A model generated the notes under the pieces. It searched no databases and was not told the origin of the DNA. It saw only the letters and a list, made by a program, of their open reading frames with translations. A program made the translations under genes and the position numbers. Positions 22,198-33,497 of a stretch of 64,000 bases of DNA are shown one piece after another. Position 1 is the first letter of the stretch; every line of letters begins with the position of its first letter. This stretch comes from an uncultured Muribaculaceae bacterium (GTDB lineage Bacteria > Bacteroidota > Bacteroidia > Bacteroidales > Muribaculaceae), in assembly GCA_910576935.1 (NCBI GenBank), contig CAJTKG010000010.1:14918-78917 (forward strand), given 5' to 3'.

Positions 22198-23346
22198 ATG
22201 ATTTCAACTATTGCCAAACTCGGGGACCTCAATACCCCATGCTATTTCTACGACATGACTCTTTTGCGACGCACTATCGCCTCGCTGAAAGAAGCTATAG
22301 ACAACAGGCCGATACATGTACATTACGCAATGAAGGCCAACTCAAACCCCGAGATACTCCGCGCGATCAGCAACGCCGGCTTCGGTGCCGACTGTGTTAG
22401 CGGCGGCGAGATCAGGCTGGCCTTGAAATGTGGCTTCAAAGCCGCCGATATCTCTTATGCCGGAGTAGGCAAGACCGATGACGAAATCAATCTCGGACTC
22501 GAATGCGGCATAGGCTGTTTCATCGTCGAGTCGATAGAAGAACTCGCGATGATCGGTGATATCTCAGCTACGCGCGGCGCAAAAGCCCCGGTGGCGTTGC
22601 GAATCAATCCCGATATCGACGCCCACACCCATCATTATATAACTACGGGATTGAAGGAAAACAAGTTCGGCATAGACATGCGTCTGCTCGACAAAGCCAT
22701 CGACACCCTCGACCGTTATCAATCGCTGCAACTAAAAGGTCTGCATTTCCATATCGGTTCACAGATACTGACGCCCGAACCTTTCGTCGAACTGTGTCAT
22801 CGCGTCAACCGCCTGTCAAAGCAGATCACATCACACGGTCATAATCTCGAATTCATAGACACGGGCGGCGGCTTCGGCATAGACTATGACGACCCCGACG
22901 CTAACCCCATACCAGACTTCAAGCCCTTTATTGACGCTATAATGGACAATCTCGACATGAGTCTGTGCAACTACGTCATAATCGAGCCGGGGCGCTCGCT
23001 GGTAGCGCAATGCGGCACACTTCTGTCTCATGTCATATACGTAAAAGAAGGTATTGAAAAGAAATTCATAATACTCGACGCCGGTATGAACAACCTTATA
23101 CGACCGGCCCTATATGGCGCACACCACCGCATCGAAAACATCTCAACCAAAACCGGTACAACATATGAAAAATATGACGTAGTCGGTCCTATTTGCGAAA
23201 GTTCCGACATCTTTGCCGAGGATGAAAACCTTCCCCGTACCCGACGAGGCGACATCATCGCAATACGTTCGGCCGGCGCATACGGCGAAACGATGTCATC
23301 GACATACAACTCGCGGCCCCTGCAATCTTTCATACTTAAAGATTAA
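22198..23346 (+). CDS. lysA: Diaminopimelate decarboxylase
   Basis: 382 aa with the PLP-lysine motif HYAMKAN, the GADCVSGGEI block and the C-terminal CESSD motif of the Orn/DAP/Arg decarboxylase family. Confidence 0.9.
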   Translation: MISTIAKLGDLNTPCYFYDMTLLRRTIASLKEAIDNRPIHVHYAMKANSNPEILRAISNAGFGADCVSGGEIRLALKCGFKAADISYAGVGKTDDEINLGLECGIGCFIVESIEELAMIGDISATRGAKAPVALRINPDIDAHTHHYITTGLKENKFGIDMRLLDKAIDTLDRYQSLQLKGLHFHIGSQILTPEPFVELCHRVNRLSKQITSHGHNLEFIDTGGGFGIDYDDPDANPIPDFKPFIDAIMDNLDMSLCNYVIIEPGRSLVAQCGTLLSHVIYVKEGIEKKFIILDAGMNNLIRPALYGAHHRIENISTKTGTTYEKYDVVGPICESSDIFAEDENLPRTRRGDIIAIRSAGAYGETMSSTYNSRPLQSFILKD

Positions 23347-23534
23347 GCGACCTCGCCCCACGTAAGGCCATCAACCGAAGATGTAATAAATCGATTCGAA
23401 GGTTGAAACCGAGGTTGACGAAAGAATTCGCTCCATGCGCCTTTGAAACTCTCGCACTATGATATCACCGTTTGAAAAAATGGAGCGATATTAACAATTT
23501 TTATTTAGCGGGGGATGATATGTGATTTTTTTCG

Positions 23535-23542
23535 TATCTTTG
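23535..23542 (+). promoter_or_regulatory. -7 box (TATCTTTG) upstream of carA
   Basis: ttcgtatctttgca lies 58 nt upstream of the ATG at 23600. It shares 12 nt with the repeat at 42964-43132. Confidence 0.35.
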
Positions 23543-23599
23543 CATGGTTTTCCAATCATTAGGGGAGCCAAACTCACATTTACTGCAAAAACCACCCCT

Positions 23600-24733
23600 A
23601 TGCGAGAGACAAAACGCGCCGTCCTCATTCTTGCCGACGGCACCAAATTTGAAGGTAAATCCTTCGGCTATGAAGCATCGGCCTCCGGAGAAGTAGTTTT
23701 CAACACCGCCATGACCGGCTATCCCGAGAGCCTGACCGACCCGTCTTATGAAGGCCAGATTCTGGTAACGACATTCCCTCTTCTCGGCAATTACGGTGTG
23801 CCGCCGGCCGACAGCCGTGAATTTCTAAGCGATTATCTTGAAGACTCACATATACACTGCCGCGCCATCGTCGCTCAAGATTATTCATGGCAACACAGCC
23901 ACTGGCTGGCCGACCGCTCACTCTCTGACTGGCTTAAAAGCGAAAAAATAACCGGCATATACGACATCGACACCCGCGCCCTGACCAAGCACCTGCGTGA
24001 AAACGGCTCAATGCTTGGCAAAATCATCATCGAGGGCTGTGACGATGTCGATTTTTATAATCCCAATCTCGAAAACCTCGTCGGAATGACATCAAGCAGT
24101 GGTGTCACTCTCTATGACACCGATACTGACGGTCACATCAATGCTGTCTGTCTCGACAACGAGAATCCCGACGCAGGCAAATCAGACAAAAAGACGGTCG
24201 TGTTGGTCGACTGCGGCGTCAAGCACAACATCATACGTTGCCTGACGCGGCGTGGTGTGCGTGTTGTGCGAGTGCCGTGGGACTACGACTTCAACCGCAT
24301 CGCATACGACGGTCTGTTTATCTCTAACGGCCCCGGCAATCCCGACTTTGCCGAGGCAACTGTCACCAACCTGCGACGCGCTCTCGACGGAGACCGCCCC
24401 ATCTGCGGTATCTGTATGGGCAACCAATTGCTTGCCAAGGCTGCCGGCGCAAAGATATATAAGCTCAAATACGGTCACCGCAGCCATAACCAGCCTGTGC
24501 GCCGTGTAGGCACCGATACCTGCTTCGTGACATCGCAGAACCATGGCTTCGCCGTCGATTCAAATACCTTGCCCGAAGGATGGGAGCCTCTTTTCGTCAA
24601 CATGAACGACGGCACCAACGAAGGTATACGCCATATCACCAAACCATTTTTCTCGGCCCAGTTCCACCCCGAAGCATCGAGCGGGCCGAAAGATACCGAA
24701 TTCCTTTTTGACGAATTTATAAGCTTGCTCTAA
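23600..24733 (+). CDS. carA: Carbamoyl-phosphate synthase small (glutaminase) subunit
   Basis: MRETKRAVLILADGTKFEGKSFG start, the GATase nucleophile in ICGICMGNQLL, and SAQFHPE. The track ORF start at 23522 adds a non-homologous leader. Confidence 0.93.
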   Translation: MRETKRAVLILADGTKFEGKSFGYEASASGEVVFNTAMTGYPESLTDPSYEGQILVTTFPLLGNYGVPPADSREFLSDYLEDSHIHCRAIVAQDYSWQHSHWLADRSLSDWLKSEKITGIYDIDTRALTKHLRENGSMLGKIIIEGCDDVDFYNPNLENLVGMTSSSGVTLYDTDTDGHINAVCLDNENPDAGKSDKKTVVLVDCGVKHNIIRCLTRRGVRVVRVPWDYDFNRIAYDGLFISNGPGNPDFAEATVTNLRRALDGDRPICGICMGNQLLAKAAGAKIYKLKYGHRSHNQPVRRVGTDTCFVTSQNHGFAVDSNTLPEGWEPLFVNMNDGTNEGIRHITKPFFSAQFHPEASSGPKDTEFLFDEFISLL

Positions 24734-24761
24734 CCCCCGATAGTAAAGACAATAACCGACA

Positions 24762-27700
24762 ATGGCAAACGACAAAAAAATTAAGAAAGTGCTGCTTCTC
24801 GGTAGCGGCGCCCTGAAAATCGGCGAAGCCGGCGAATTTGACTATTCAGGCTCTCAAGCTCTCAAGGCTATGCGTGAAGAAGGCATAAACACCGTGCTGA
24901 TCAACCCCAATATCGCGACAGTCCAGACATCGGAGGGTTTTGCCGACAAGATCTATTTCTTGCCCGTGACTCCTTATTTCGTCGAGAAAATCATAGCAAA
25001 AGAGCGGCCGGACGGCATAATGCTCGCCTTCGGCGGCCAGACGGCCCTAAACTGCGGCGTGGCTCTTTATGAAAACGGAATTCTCGAACGCTATGGCGTC
25101 GAAGTGCTCGGTACACCTGTGCGCGCCATCATGGACACCGAAGACCGCGAGCTCTTTGTCAAGAAACTCGACGAAATCGACATCAAGACCATCAAAAGCG
25201 AGGCTGTCGACAATATCGACGACGCACTGCGTGTAGCCAATACATTGGGATATCCGGTCATCGTGCGCGCAGCATATGCCCTCGGAGGTCTCGGCAGCGG
25301 TTTCTGCGACAATGACAGCGAGCTTCGCTCTCTGACAGAAAAAGCTCTCGCCTTCTCCCCCCAGGTGCTCGTCGAAAAATCGCTCAAGGGATGGAAAGAG
25401 GTCGAGTATGAAGTCGTACGCGACCGTTTTGACAATTGTATCACCGTCTGCAACATGGAAAACTTCGATCCGCTCGGTATCCACACCGGCGAAAGCATCG
25501 TCGTAGCTCCGTCGCAGACACTGTCGAATGACGACTACCACTACCTGCGGTCACTGGCAATAAAAATCATACGCCACATCGGCATCGTCGGCGAGTGTAA
25601 CGTGCAGTATGCCTACGACCCTTCGTCGATGGACTATCGCGTCATCGAAGTAAACGCCCGCCTCAGCCGTTCGTCAGCGCTGGCGTCAAAAGCGACAGGT
25701 TATCCTCTTGCTTTCGTCGCTGCCAAACTCGGCCTCGGCTACGGCCTGTTCGATCTCAAGAACGCTGTCACCCAGAGCACATCGGCTTTCTTCGAACCGG
25801 CTCTCGACTATCTTGTTGTCAAGATTCCGCGTTGGGATCTCGGCAAATTCCACGGAGTCAAACGCGAGATCGGCTCGTCGATGAAATCTGTAGGCGAAGT
25901 AATGGCCATAGGCCGCACCTTTGAAGAGGCCATACAGAAAGGTCTGCGCATGATCGGACAGGGCATGCACGGCTTTGTAGAAAACAAAGAGCTGAAAATC
26001 GATGACATCGACACAGCGCTGACCGAGCCGACCGACAAACGCATATTCGTCATAGCCAAAGCACTGACACACGGCTATACTGTCGAGCGCATCCATGAGC
26101 TGACAAAAATCGACACATGGTTTTTATATAAACTCAAAAACATCATTGACACCGCCGACGAACTTGCCGAAGTCAACCGGCTCGAAGACCTCGATCACAA
26201 CCTGCTACGTCTTGCAAAGCAACAAGGATTCAGCGACTTTCAGGTTGCCCGCGGCGTGCTGAAAGAAAGAATGACCGACGCCGAGAACGCCGTCACTACT
26301 GTGCGCGCTCTGCGCAAGTCACTCGGTATCGTCCCCGCCGTCAAGCAGATCGACACCCTTGCCGCCGAATATCCGGCAAAGACCAACTATCTCTATCTCA
26401 CATACAACGGTACGGAAAACGACATCGATTACGAAAACGACGGACGTTCGGTTGTCGTGCTCGGCTCGGGCGCATACCGCATCGGTTCGTCAGTCGAATT
26501 CGACTGGTGTTCGGTCAACGCCCTTATGACTGTCAAACGTCAGGGATGGCGCTCGGTGATGATCAACTACAACCCCGAGACAGTCTCGACCGACTACGAC
26601 ATGTGTGACCGTCTCTACTTCGACGAGCTGACCTATGAGCGCGTAATGGACATCATCGACCTCGAACAGCCCCACGGCACGATATTATCTGTCGGAGGCC
26701 AGATACCCAACAATCTGGCCACACGCCTCGATGCCGCCGGTGTCAACATACTCGGCACCGACGCACGAAGCATCGACAATGCCGAAGACCGTCACAAATT
26801 CTCGGCTATGCTCGACCGTCTGGGCATCGACCAGCCTCGCTGGCGCGAATTGACAAGCATCGAGGATATCGACCGCTTTATCGCCGAAGTAGGCTTCCCC
26901 GTACTTGTCCGCCCGAGCTATGTACTATCAGGTGCAGCAATGAACGTCTGCTCGAACCACGAAGACCTCGTGCGCTTCCTGCGCCTGGCGGCGAATGTCT
27001 CCAAACAGCATCCCGTCGTGGTCACCGAGTTCATACAGTTTGCAAAAGAAATCGAAATGGACGCCGTGGCCCAGAACGGCGAAATCAAAGCCTACGCCAT
27101 AAGCGAGCACATCGAGTTTGCCGGCGTGCACTCGGGCGACGCAACCATACAGTTCCCCCCGCAGAAGCTATATGTCGAGACGATGCGACGCATCAAGAAA
27201 GTGTCGTCACAGATCGCACGCGCGCTCAACATCTCGGGTCCGTTCAACATACAATATCTTGCCAAAGACAACGATATCAAGGTCATCGAATGTAATCTGC
27301 GGGCATCGCGAAGCTTCCCGTTCGTATCAAAGATACTTAAGATAAACTTCATCGATCTGGCAACAAAAATCATGCTCGGACTGCCGGTAGAAAAGCCGCA
27401 CAAAAATGCGTTCGACCTCGACTACGTCGGTATCAAGGCATCGCAGTTTTCGTTCTCGCGTCTTCAGGGCGCAGACCCGGTGCTTGGCGTCGACATGTCC
27501 TCGACGGGCGAAGTAGGCTGTATCGGCAACGACACCTCCGAAGCAATATTGAAGTCTATGCTTGCCGTGGGCCTGCGTGTGCCTCAGAAGGCGATACTAC
27601 TCAGCACCGGCGGGCCTAAACAGAAAGCCGACATGCTCGACGCGGCCCACATGCTCAACAACAAAGGCTATAAGATATTTGCAACCGGCGGCACCCACAG

Positions 27701-27989
27701 TTTCCTGAACGACAACGGCATACCGGCAATACGCTGCTATTGGCCGTCGCAACCCGACATGCAGCCTCAGGCGCTGCAGCTGCTCCACGACAAAGCCGTC
27801 GATCTGGTCGTGAACATCCCCAAAAATCTTACATCGGCCGAACTCAGCAACGGCTACAAGATACGCCGCGCCGCAATAGACCTTAACATTCCCCTGCTCA
27901 CAAACGCCCGTCTGGCCTCAACATTCATAAGAGCGTTCTCGACAATGCCGCTCGACGACATCGAGATCAAGAGCTGGGATGAATATTGA
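24762..27989 (+). CDS. carB: Carbamoyl-phosphate synthase large subunit
   Basis: 1075 aa with a duplicated ATP-grasp architecture and the canonical N-terminus KKVLLLGSGALKIGEAGEFDYSGSQA. Confidence 0.98.
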   Translation: MANDKKIKKVLLLGSGALKIGEAGEFDYSGSQALKAMREEGINTVLINPNIATVQTSEGFADKIYFLPVTPYFVEKIIAKERPDGIMLAFGGQTALNCGVALYENGILERYGVEVLGTPVRAIMDTEDRELFVKKLDEIDIKTIKSEAVDNIDDALRVANTLGYPVIVRAAYALGGLGSGFCDNDSELRSLTEKALAFSPQVLVEKSLKGWKEVEYEVVRDRFDNCITVCNMENFDPLGIHTGESIVVAPSQTLSNDDYHYLRSLAIKIIRHIGIVGECNVQYAYDPSSMDYRVIEVNARLSRSSALASKATGYPLAFVAAKLGLGYGLFDLKNAVTQSTSAFFEPALDYLVVKIPRWDLGKFHGVKREIGSSMKSVGEVMAIGRTFEEAIQKGLRMIGQGMHGFVENKELKIDDIDTALTEPTDKRIFVIAKALTHGYTVERIHELTKIDTWFLYKLKNIIDTADELAEVNRLEDLDHNLLRLAKQQGFSDFQVARGVLKERMTDAENAVTTVRALRKSLGIVPAVKQIDTLAAEYPAKTNYLYLTYNGTENDIDYENDGRSVVVLGSGAYRIGSSVEFDWCSVNALMTVKRQGWRSVMINYNPETVSTDYDMCDRLYFDELTYERVMDIIDLEQPHGTILSVGGQIPNNLATRLDAAGVNILGTDARSIDNAEDRHKFSAMLDRLGIDQPRWRELTSIEDIDRFIAEVGFPVLVRPSYVLSGAAMNVCSNHEDLVRFLRLAANVSKQHPVVVTEFIQFAKEIEMDAVAQNGEIKAYAISEHIEFAGVHSGDATIQFPPQKLYVETMRRIKKVSSQIARALNISGPFNIQYLAKDNDIKVIECNLRASRSFPFVSKILKINFIDLATKIMLGLPVEKPHKNAFDLDYVGIKASQFSFSRLQGADPVLGVDMSSTGEVGCIGNDTSEAILKSMLAVGLRVPQKAILLSTGGPKQKADMLDAAHMLNNKGYKIFATGGTHSFLNDNGIPAIRCYWPSQPDMQPQALQLLHDKAVDLVVNIPKNLTSAELSNGYKIRRAAIDLNIPLLTNARLASTFIRAFSTMPLDDIEIKSWDEY

Positions 27990-28037
27990 TAAACAGCTAC
28001 AATCAACCATATTATCAACCATTAAAAACCTCACGTT

Positions 28038-30950
28038 ATGAAACGGTTTTATCGTCTCGCCCTTGTTGCAATGGCCGCTGTCATCGGCCTGAGCGCATCG
28101 GCAGGCAAGTACAAATTTGAAACGGTACCTGGTGATCCTCTGAAAACACAGATCTACACACTGCCCAACGGTCTGAAGATATTCATGAGCGTCAACAAAG
28201 ACGAGCCGCGCATCCAGGCAAACATCGCCGTACGCGTCGGCGGCAAAAACGACCCGGCCGAGACAACAGGTCTCGCCCATTACTTCGAGCACCTTATGTT
28301 CAAGGGCACAGAGCGCTTCGGCACAACCGACTACGCTACCGAAAAACCGCTGCTCGACCAGATTGAGAACCTCTTTGAAGTCTACCGCAAGACCAAAGAC
28401 GAGACAAAACGCAAAGACTTATACCATCAGATCGACTCAATAAGCTATCAGGCATCACTGTTGGCCATACCTAACGAATATGACAAGCTGATGAGCGCCA
28501 TCGGCGCTACGGGCACCAACGCCTACACAAGCTATGATGTGACCTGTTATACCGAGAATATCCCCTCTAACGAGATCGACAATTGGGCAATGATACAGGC
28601 CGATCGCTTCGAGCATCCGGTCATCCGCGGCTTCCATACCGAGCTCGAGACCATCTATGAGGAGAAAAACATGTCGTTAACCTCTGACGGACGCAAAATG
28701 AACGAGGCCATGCTCACGGCACTCTTCCCGAGTCATCCCTACGGCACCCAGACCGTACTGGGTACACAGGAAAACCTCAAGAACCCGTCGATCACCAATG
28801 TGAAGAATTATCACAAACAATGGTATGTGCCCAACAACATGGCCATCTGTGTCGCCGGTGATTTCGATCCCGACAACATGGTCGACATCATCTCAAAATA
28901 TTTCGGTCACCTCAAACCCAACAACAATCTACCCGTACTCGACTTTCCGGCTGAAGCCGAAATCGTCGAGCCTGTCAATGTCGAAGTCCTCGGTCAGGAA
29001 GCCGAACGTCTCTATCTGGCCTGGCGTCTTCCCGCAGCCAAAGATCCCGACATGCTTGTTGTGCAACTCATGCTTCAGGTGCTCAATAATGACAAATGCG
29101 GTCTGATTGATGTAAACGTAAACCTGCCCCAGCGCACACTTGGCGCCGGCGTCGGTCTGTATGACCTTGCCGATCAAGGCGCATTCATCATTATCGGTAT
29201 GCCCAAAGGAGGCCAGACACTCGACGATGTGCGTGAAATACTTCTCGCCGAGGTCAAAAACCTGCGCGAGGGCAACTTTTCTGACGACCTTGTTCCCGCT
29301 ATTGTCAACAACATGAAACTCGATCTACAGCGCTCGTTCGAAAGCAATGAGTCTCGCGCCACAATGTATGTCAACGCCTTCGTCAACGGTGAGTCATGGG
29401 CCGACATGGTCAAACAGCTCGACGAGCTCGATACGATAACAAAAGCCGACATCGTGCGCGTAGCCAACAAATATCTCGGCAACAACAACTATGCGGCTGT
29501 ATATAAACGCCAGGGCAAAGACCCCAATGAACTAAAGATAGCCAAACCCGAGCTGACGCCCATAGCCATGAACCGCGATGCCGCCTCTCAGATGCTCACC
29601 GACGTCCGGAACAGCAAAGTCGTGCCTATCGAACCTGTTTTCCTCGACTACAATAAAGACCTCACATTCCTCAAGGACAAAAACGGCATGCCGGTCTACT
29701 ACACAGCCAACACGACAAACGATGTCTTCCAGCTCACCTATATATATAATGTAGGCAGCAACAACGACCGCCGGCTCAACTACGCCGCCGAACTGCTCGA
29801 TCTATTCGGCACTCCCGAGATGACATCGACTCAGGTGCAGAACGAATTCTACAAACTCGCATGCAGCTTCCGTGTATCGGTCGGCCGCGAACGTTCATAT
29901 ATCGTCATCAGCGGTCTGAACGAAAACATGCCTGCGGCACTCAATCTCGTCGAAAAACTCATCCATGAAGCCGTGGCCGACACAGCAGCCTACAACGCAT
30001 ATGTCGACCGCGTAGCCCAGAGCCGCGTCAACCGCAAGAAAAACCAACGCTCAAACTTCTCGGCCCTGACATCATATATGCGTTACGGAAAACACAATCC
30101 CACTACCGACGATCTGAGTGTCGACAGTCTCCGGGCCATCGACCCCAAATATCTAATGGGAGCGCTCGGAGATCTCGTCAGCCATGAATATCAGGTGATT
30201 TACTACGGCTCGACCCCGGCCGACAAACTTATTGCTGAAATCAACGCCGCACATCGCGCGCCCTCATCACTAAAACCGTCGCCCAAACAGGATGTCTACA
30301 CTGCCGTACAACCCGAAGAAACTGTCATCTTCGTCGCTCCCTATGACGCAAAACAGCTCTACATGCAGATGTTCTCTAACCGTGGCGAGAAATATGATCA
30401 GGCAATCGAACCACTGCGCCGCGTCTACAACGACTACTTCGGCGGCTCGATGAACGCCATCGTCTTCCAGGAAATGCGTGAGAGCCGTTCGCTCGCCTAC
30501 TCTGCCGGCGCAAGCTACAGCGCACCGGGCTACCTGCGCAATCCATATACCTACAACTCGATGATCGCCACCCAGAACGACAAACTGCTCGACGCGATAA
30601 CCGCCTTTGACGAAATCATCAACGACATGCCCCTAAGCCCGGCCGCATTCGACCTCGCCAAGAAAAACATCGAGTCGACCCTTCGCACCGAGCGTATAAT
30701 CAAAGACAACATCGCATGGAGTTATATAAACGCCCGCGATCTCGGCCTCGACACCGACAGCCGTATCGCCGTCTACGAAGCACTCCCGTCGATCTCACTC
30801 GACGACGTCAAAGCATTCCAGGAAAAGAATGTAAAAGGTCGCACATACTACTACGCCATCCTCGGCGACACCGCCGACCTCGACATGGAAGCCCTCTCGA
30901 AACTCGGCAAAGTTGTCGTACTGACAACCGAAGAGATATTCGGCGAATAA
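28038..30950 (+). CDS. M16-family (pitrilysin/insulinase-like) zinc peptidase, secreted
   Basis: 970 aa with a signal peptide, the inverted zinc motif HYFEHLMFKG (HxxEH) and duplicated M16 halves. Confidence 0.9.
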   Translation: MKRFYRLALVAMAAVIGLSASAGKYKFETVPGDPLKTQIYTLPNGLKIFMSVNKDEPRIQANIAVRVGGKNDPAETTGLAHYFEHLMFKGTERFGTTDYATEKPLLDQIENLFEVYRKTKDETKRKDLYHQIDSISYQASLLAIPNEYDKLMSAIGATGTNAYTSYDVTCYTENIPSNEIDNWAMIQADRFEHPVIRGFHTELETIYEEKNMSLTSDGRKMNEAMLTALFPSHPYGTQTVLGTQENLKNPSITNVKNYHKQWYVPNNMAICVAGDFDPDNMVDIISKYFGHLKPNNNLPVLDFPAEAEIVEPVNVEVLGQEAERLYLAWRLPAAKDPDMLVVQLMLQVLNNDKCGLIDVNVNLPQRTLGAGVGLYDLADQGAFIIIGMPKGGQTLDDVREILLAEVKNLREGNFSDDLVPAIVNNMKLDLQRSFESNESRATMYVNAFVNGESWADMVKQLDELDTITKADIVRVANKYLGNNNYAAVYKRQGKDPNELKIAKPELTPIAMNRDAASQMLTDVRNSKVVPIEPVFLDYNKDLTFLKDKNGMPVYYTANTTNDVFQLTYIYNVGSNNDRRLNYAAELLDLFGTPEMTSTQVQNEFYKLACSFRVSVGRERSYIVISGLNENMPAALNLVEKLIHEAVADTAAYNAYVDRVAQSRVNRKKNQRSNFSALTSYMRYGKHNPTTDDLSVDSLRAIDPKYLMGALGDLVSHEYQVIYYGSTPADKLIAEINAAHRAPSSLKPSPKQDVYTAVQPEETVIFVAPYDAKQLYMQMFSNRGEKYDQAIEPLRRVYNDYFGGSMNAIVFQEMRESRSLAYSAGASYSAPGYLRNPYTYNSMIATQNDKLLDAITAFDEIINDMPLSPAAFDLAKKNIESTLRTERIIKDNIAWSYINARDLGLDTDSRIAVYEALPSISLDDVKAFQEKNVKGRTYYYAILGDTADLDMEALSKLGKVVVLTTEEIFGE

Positions 30951-30977
30951 ACTCCTCCCGCCACAGACTCAGATACA

Positions 30978-31015
30978 GAGGACGGCACGCGGTCGTGATG
31001 ACCCGCGCCGTCCTC
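30978..31015 (+). terminator. GC-rich hairpin downstream of M16 peptidase (possible terminator)
   Basis: gaggacggcacgcgg ... cccgcgccgtcctc forms an imperfect stem, but only a weak T-tract follows. Confidence 0.3.
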
Positions 31016-31192
31016 GTCGTTTCCGGCCACACGACTGACAACTGACATATTGTCAGTAGAGAATAAACAGAGCTAAACGCCTGTTATTCAATAAAATTAA
31101 AAACATACAACTTTTTTGGCACACGATTTGTTTATTTAATGACAGAATCGAAAGAAATATAATAATAACATAAACATAAAACTCAAACAATT

Positions 31193-33103
31193 ATGGGAAA
31201 AATCATTGGTATCGACTTAGGCACGACAAACTCATGTGTCGCAGTTCTCGAAGGTAACGACCCTGTTGTAATCCCCAACAGCGAAGGCCGAAACACCACA
31301 CCGTCAGTAGTCGCATTTGTCGACGGCGGTGAACGCAAAGTCGGTGATCCCGCAAAACGTCAGGCAATAACCAACCCCAAACGCACGATCTACTCGATCA
31401 AACGCTTCATGGGTGAAACATACGACCAGGTACAGAACGAAATCGACCGCGTGCCCTACAAAGTAGTGCGCGGCGACAACAATACACCCCGCATCGACAT
31501 CGACGGTCGCCAGTATACCCCTCAGGAGATTTCGGCTATGATACTTCAGAAAATGAAGAAAACCGCCGAAGACTACCTCGGACAGTCAGTGACCGAAGCC
31601 GTCATCACCGTACCCGCATACTTCAACGACTCACAGCGTCAGGCAACCAAAGAAGCCGGCGAAATCGCAGGCCTTACCGTCAAACGTATCGTCAACGAAC
31701 CTACCGCCGCAGCGCTTGCATATGGTCTCGACAAATCAAACAAAGATCAGAAGATCGCCGTATTTGACCTCGGTGGCGGCACATTCGATATCTCTATCCT
31801 CGAGCTCGGCGACGGCGTCTTCGAAGTGAAATCGACCAACGGTGATACACACCTCGGCGGCGATGACTTCGACCATGTCATCATCGACTGGCTCGCCGAC
31901 GAATTCCAGAAAGAAGAAGGCGTAGACCTCCGTCAGGATCCTATGGCCCTCCAGCGTCTCAAAGAAGCAGCCGAGAAAGCCAAAATCGAGCTTTCGAGCA
32001 CGACTTCGACCGAGATAAACCTGCCTTATATCATGCCCGTCAACGGTATCCCCAAACACCTCGTCAAGACCCTCACCCGCGCAAAATTCGAGCAACTCGC
32101 CGACAAACTCATTCAAGCAACAATCAAACCCTGCGAACAGGCTCTTAAAGACGCCGGCCTCACAGCAAAAGACATCGACGAAGTAATCCTCGTCGGCGGT
32201 TCTACCCGTATCCCCGCCATCCAGCAGGTAGTAGAGAAATTCTTCGGCAAAGCACCTTCGAAAGGCGTCAACCCCGATGAAGTCGTAGCAGTCGGCGCAG
32301 CCATCCAGGGCGGTGTCCTCTCAGGCGACGTCAAAGACGTGCTTCTCCTCGACGTAGTGCCTCTGTCGGTAGGCATCGAGACCCTCGGCGGTGTCATGAC
32401 AAAACTCATCGAAGCCAACACCACTATCCCGACCCGCAAGAGCGAGACATTCTCGACCGCTGCCGACAATCAGCCTTCAGTCGAGATCAATGTCCTCCAG
32501 GGCGAACGCCCCATGGCTAAAGACGACAAACTGCTCGGCAAATTCCACCTTGACGGCATCGCGCCCGCACCCCGCGGCATTCCTCAGATCGAAGTGACCT
32601 TCGAGATCGACGCCAATGGTATCCTCAACGTCTCGGCTAAAGACAAGGCCACAGGCAAAGAGCAGTCAATACGCATCGAAGCATCAAGCGGTCTGACCGA
32701 CGCAGAAATCAAACGCATGAAAGACGAAGCCGCTGCCAACGCCGCTGCCGACGCCAAAGAAAAAGAGCGCGCCGATAAGCTCAACCAGGCCGACGCCATC
32801 GTCTTCCAGACCGAAAAACAGCTCAGCGAACTCGGCGACAAGATACCCGCCGATAAGAAGGCTGCCATCGAGACAGCCGTCAACCGACTCAAAGAAGCCC
32901 ACAAGGCTGCCGACCTCGACGCCATCGACAGCGCCATCAAAGAAATCGAAACCACTTTCGGAGCTGCCCAGCAGGACATCCTTAACGCCCAGGCTCAGCA
33001 ACAGGCCGGCGCACAACAGGGAGGTCAGCCCAACCCCGGAGCCAACAGCAACCCAGGCTCAGACGACCATGTCACAGACGTCGACTTTGAGGAAGTGAAA
33101 TAA
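31193..33103 (+). CDS. dnaK: Molecular chaperone DnaK (Hsp70)
   Basis: [21 protein letters not shown] and a C-terminal EEVK-type tail. Confidence 0.99.
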   Translation: MGKIIGIDLGTTNSCVAVLEGNDPVVIPNSEGRNTTPSVVAFVDGGERKVGDPAKRQAITNPKRTIYSIKRFMGETYDQVQNEIDRVPYKVVRGDNNTPRIDIDGRQYTPQEISAMILQKMKKTAEDYLGQSVTEAVITVPAYFNDSQRQATKEAGEIAGLTVKRIVNEPTAAALAYGLDKSNKDQKIAVFDLGGGTFDISILELGDGVFEVKSTNGDTHLGGDDFDHVIIDWLADEFQKEEGVDLRQDPMALQRLKEAAEKAKIELSSTTSTEINLPYIMPVNGIPKHLVKTLTRAKFEQLADKLIQATIKPCEQALKDAGLTAKDIDEVILVGGSTRIPAIQQVVEKFFGKAPSKGVNPDEVVAVGAAIQGGVLSGDVKDVLLLDVVPLSVGIETLGGVMTKLIEANTTIPTRKSETFSTAADNQPSVEINVLQGERPMAKDDKLLGKFHLDGIAPAPRGIPQIEVTFEIDANGILNVSAKDKATGKEQSIRIEASSGLTDAEIKRMKDEAAANAAADAKEKERADKLNQADAIVFQTEKQLSELGDKIPADKKAAIETAVNRLKEAHKAADLDAIDSAIKEIETTFGAAQQDILNAQAQQQAGAQQGGQPNPGANSNPGSDDHVTDVDFEEVK

Positions 33104-33125
33104 TATCTTACAAATAATCACAAGA

Positions 33126-33161
33126 ATATGGCGTAACTTATTGGGTTACGCCATATTTTTG
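33126..33161 (+). terminator. Rho-independent terminator after dnaK
   Basis: atatggcgtaac-ttattgg-gttacgccatat followed by ttttt. Confidence 0.75.
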
Positions 33162-33246
33162 TATAGAGACTACTGATTTGTCAACTTTATACAATCTATA
33201 ATATGTAGCCGATATATAAAAATAATGTCTATTCGCACTTTTTTCG

Positions 33247-33254
33247 TAACTTTG
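33247..33254 (+). promoter_or_regulatory. -7 box (TAACTTTG) upstream of the small antitoxin-like ORF
   Basis: TAnnTTTG match 27 nt upstream of the ATG at 33282. Confidence 0.3.
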
Positions 33255-33281
33255 GCGTTGAATAAGAAAAGATTATAGATT

Positions 33282-33497
33282 ATGTCGGAAGAGCAGATGA
33301 ACAGCTATCGGCTGACGTCGATGGAGGAGCCGGGAGATGAGCGCATGGCTCAGATTATGCGCGAGGTTGCCGAAGATGCCCGTGAAAGCACTCGCCGGGC
33401 TGCAGAGCGTGTGGCTGCCGGAATCGAGGCTGCCAGACTTGCGGCTCAGGAAAAATGGGGCGATACAATAAATAGGATTAAGAATGACCGCAAGTAA
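33282..33497 (+). CDS. Small acidic/helical protein, putative antitoxin partner of the zeta-like gene
   Basis: 71 aa. Its stop overlaps the ATG (33484) of the downstream zeta-like reading frame, which is a typical toxin-antitoxin arrangement. No family was recognised. Confidence 0.45.
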   Translation: MSEEQMNSYRLTSMEEPGDERMAQIMREVAEDARESTRRAAERVAAGIEAARLAAQEKWGDTINRIKNDRK

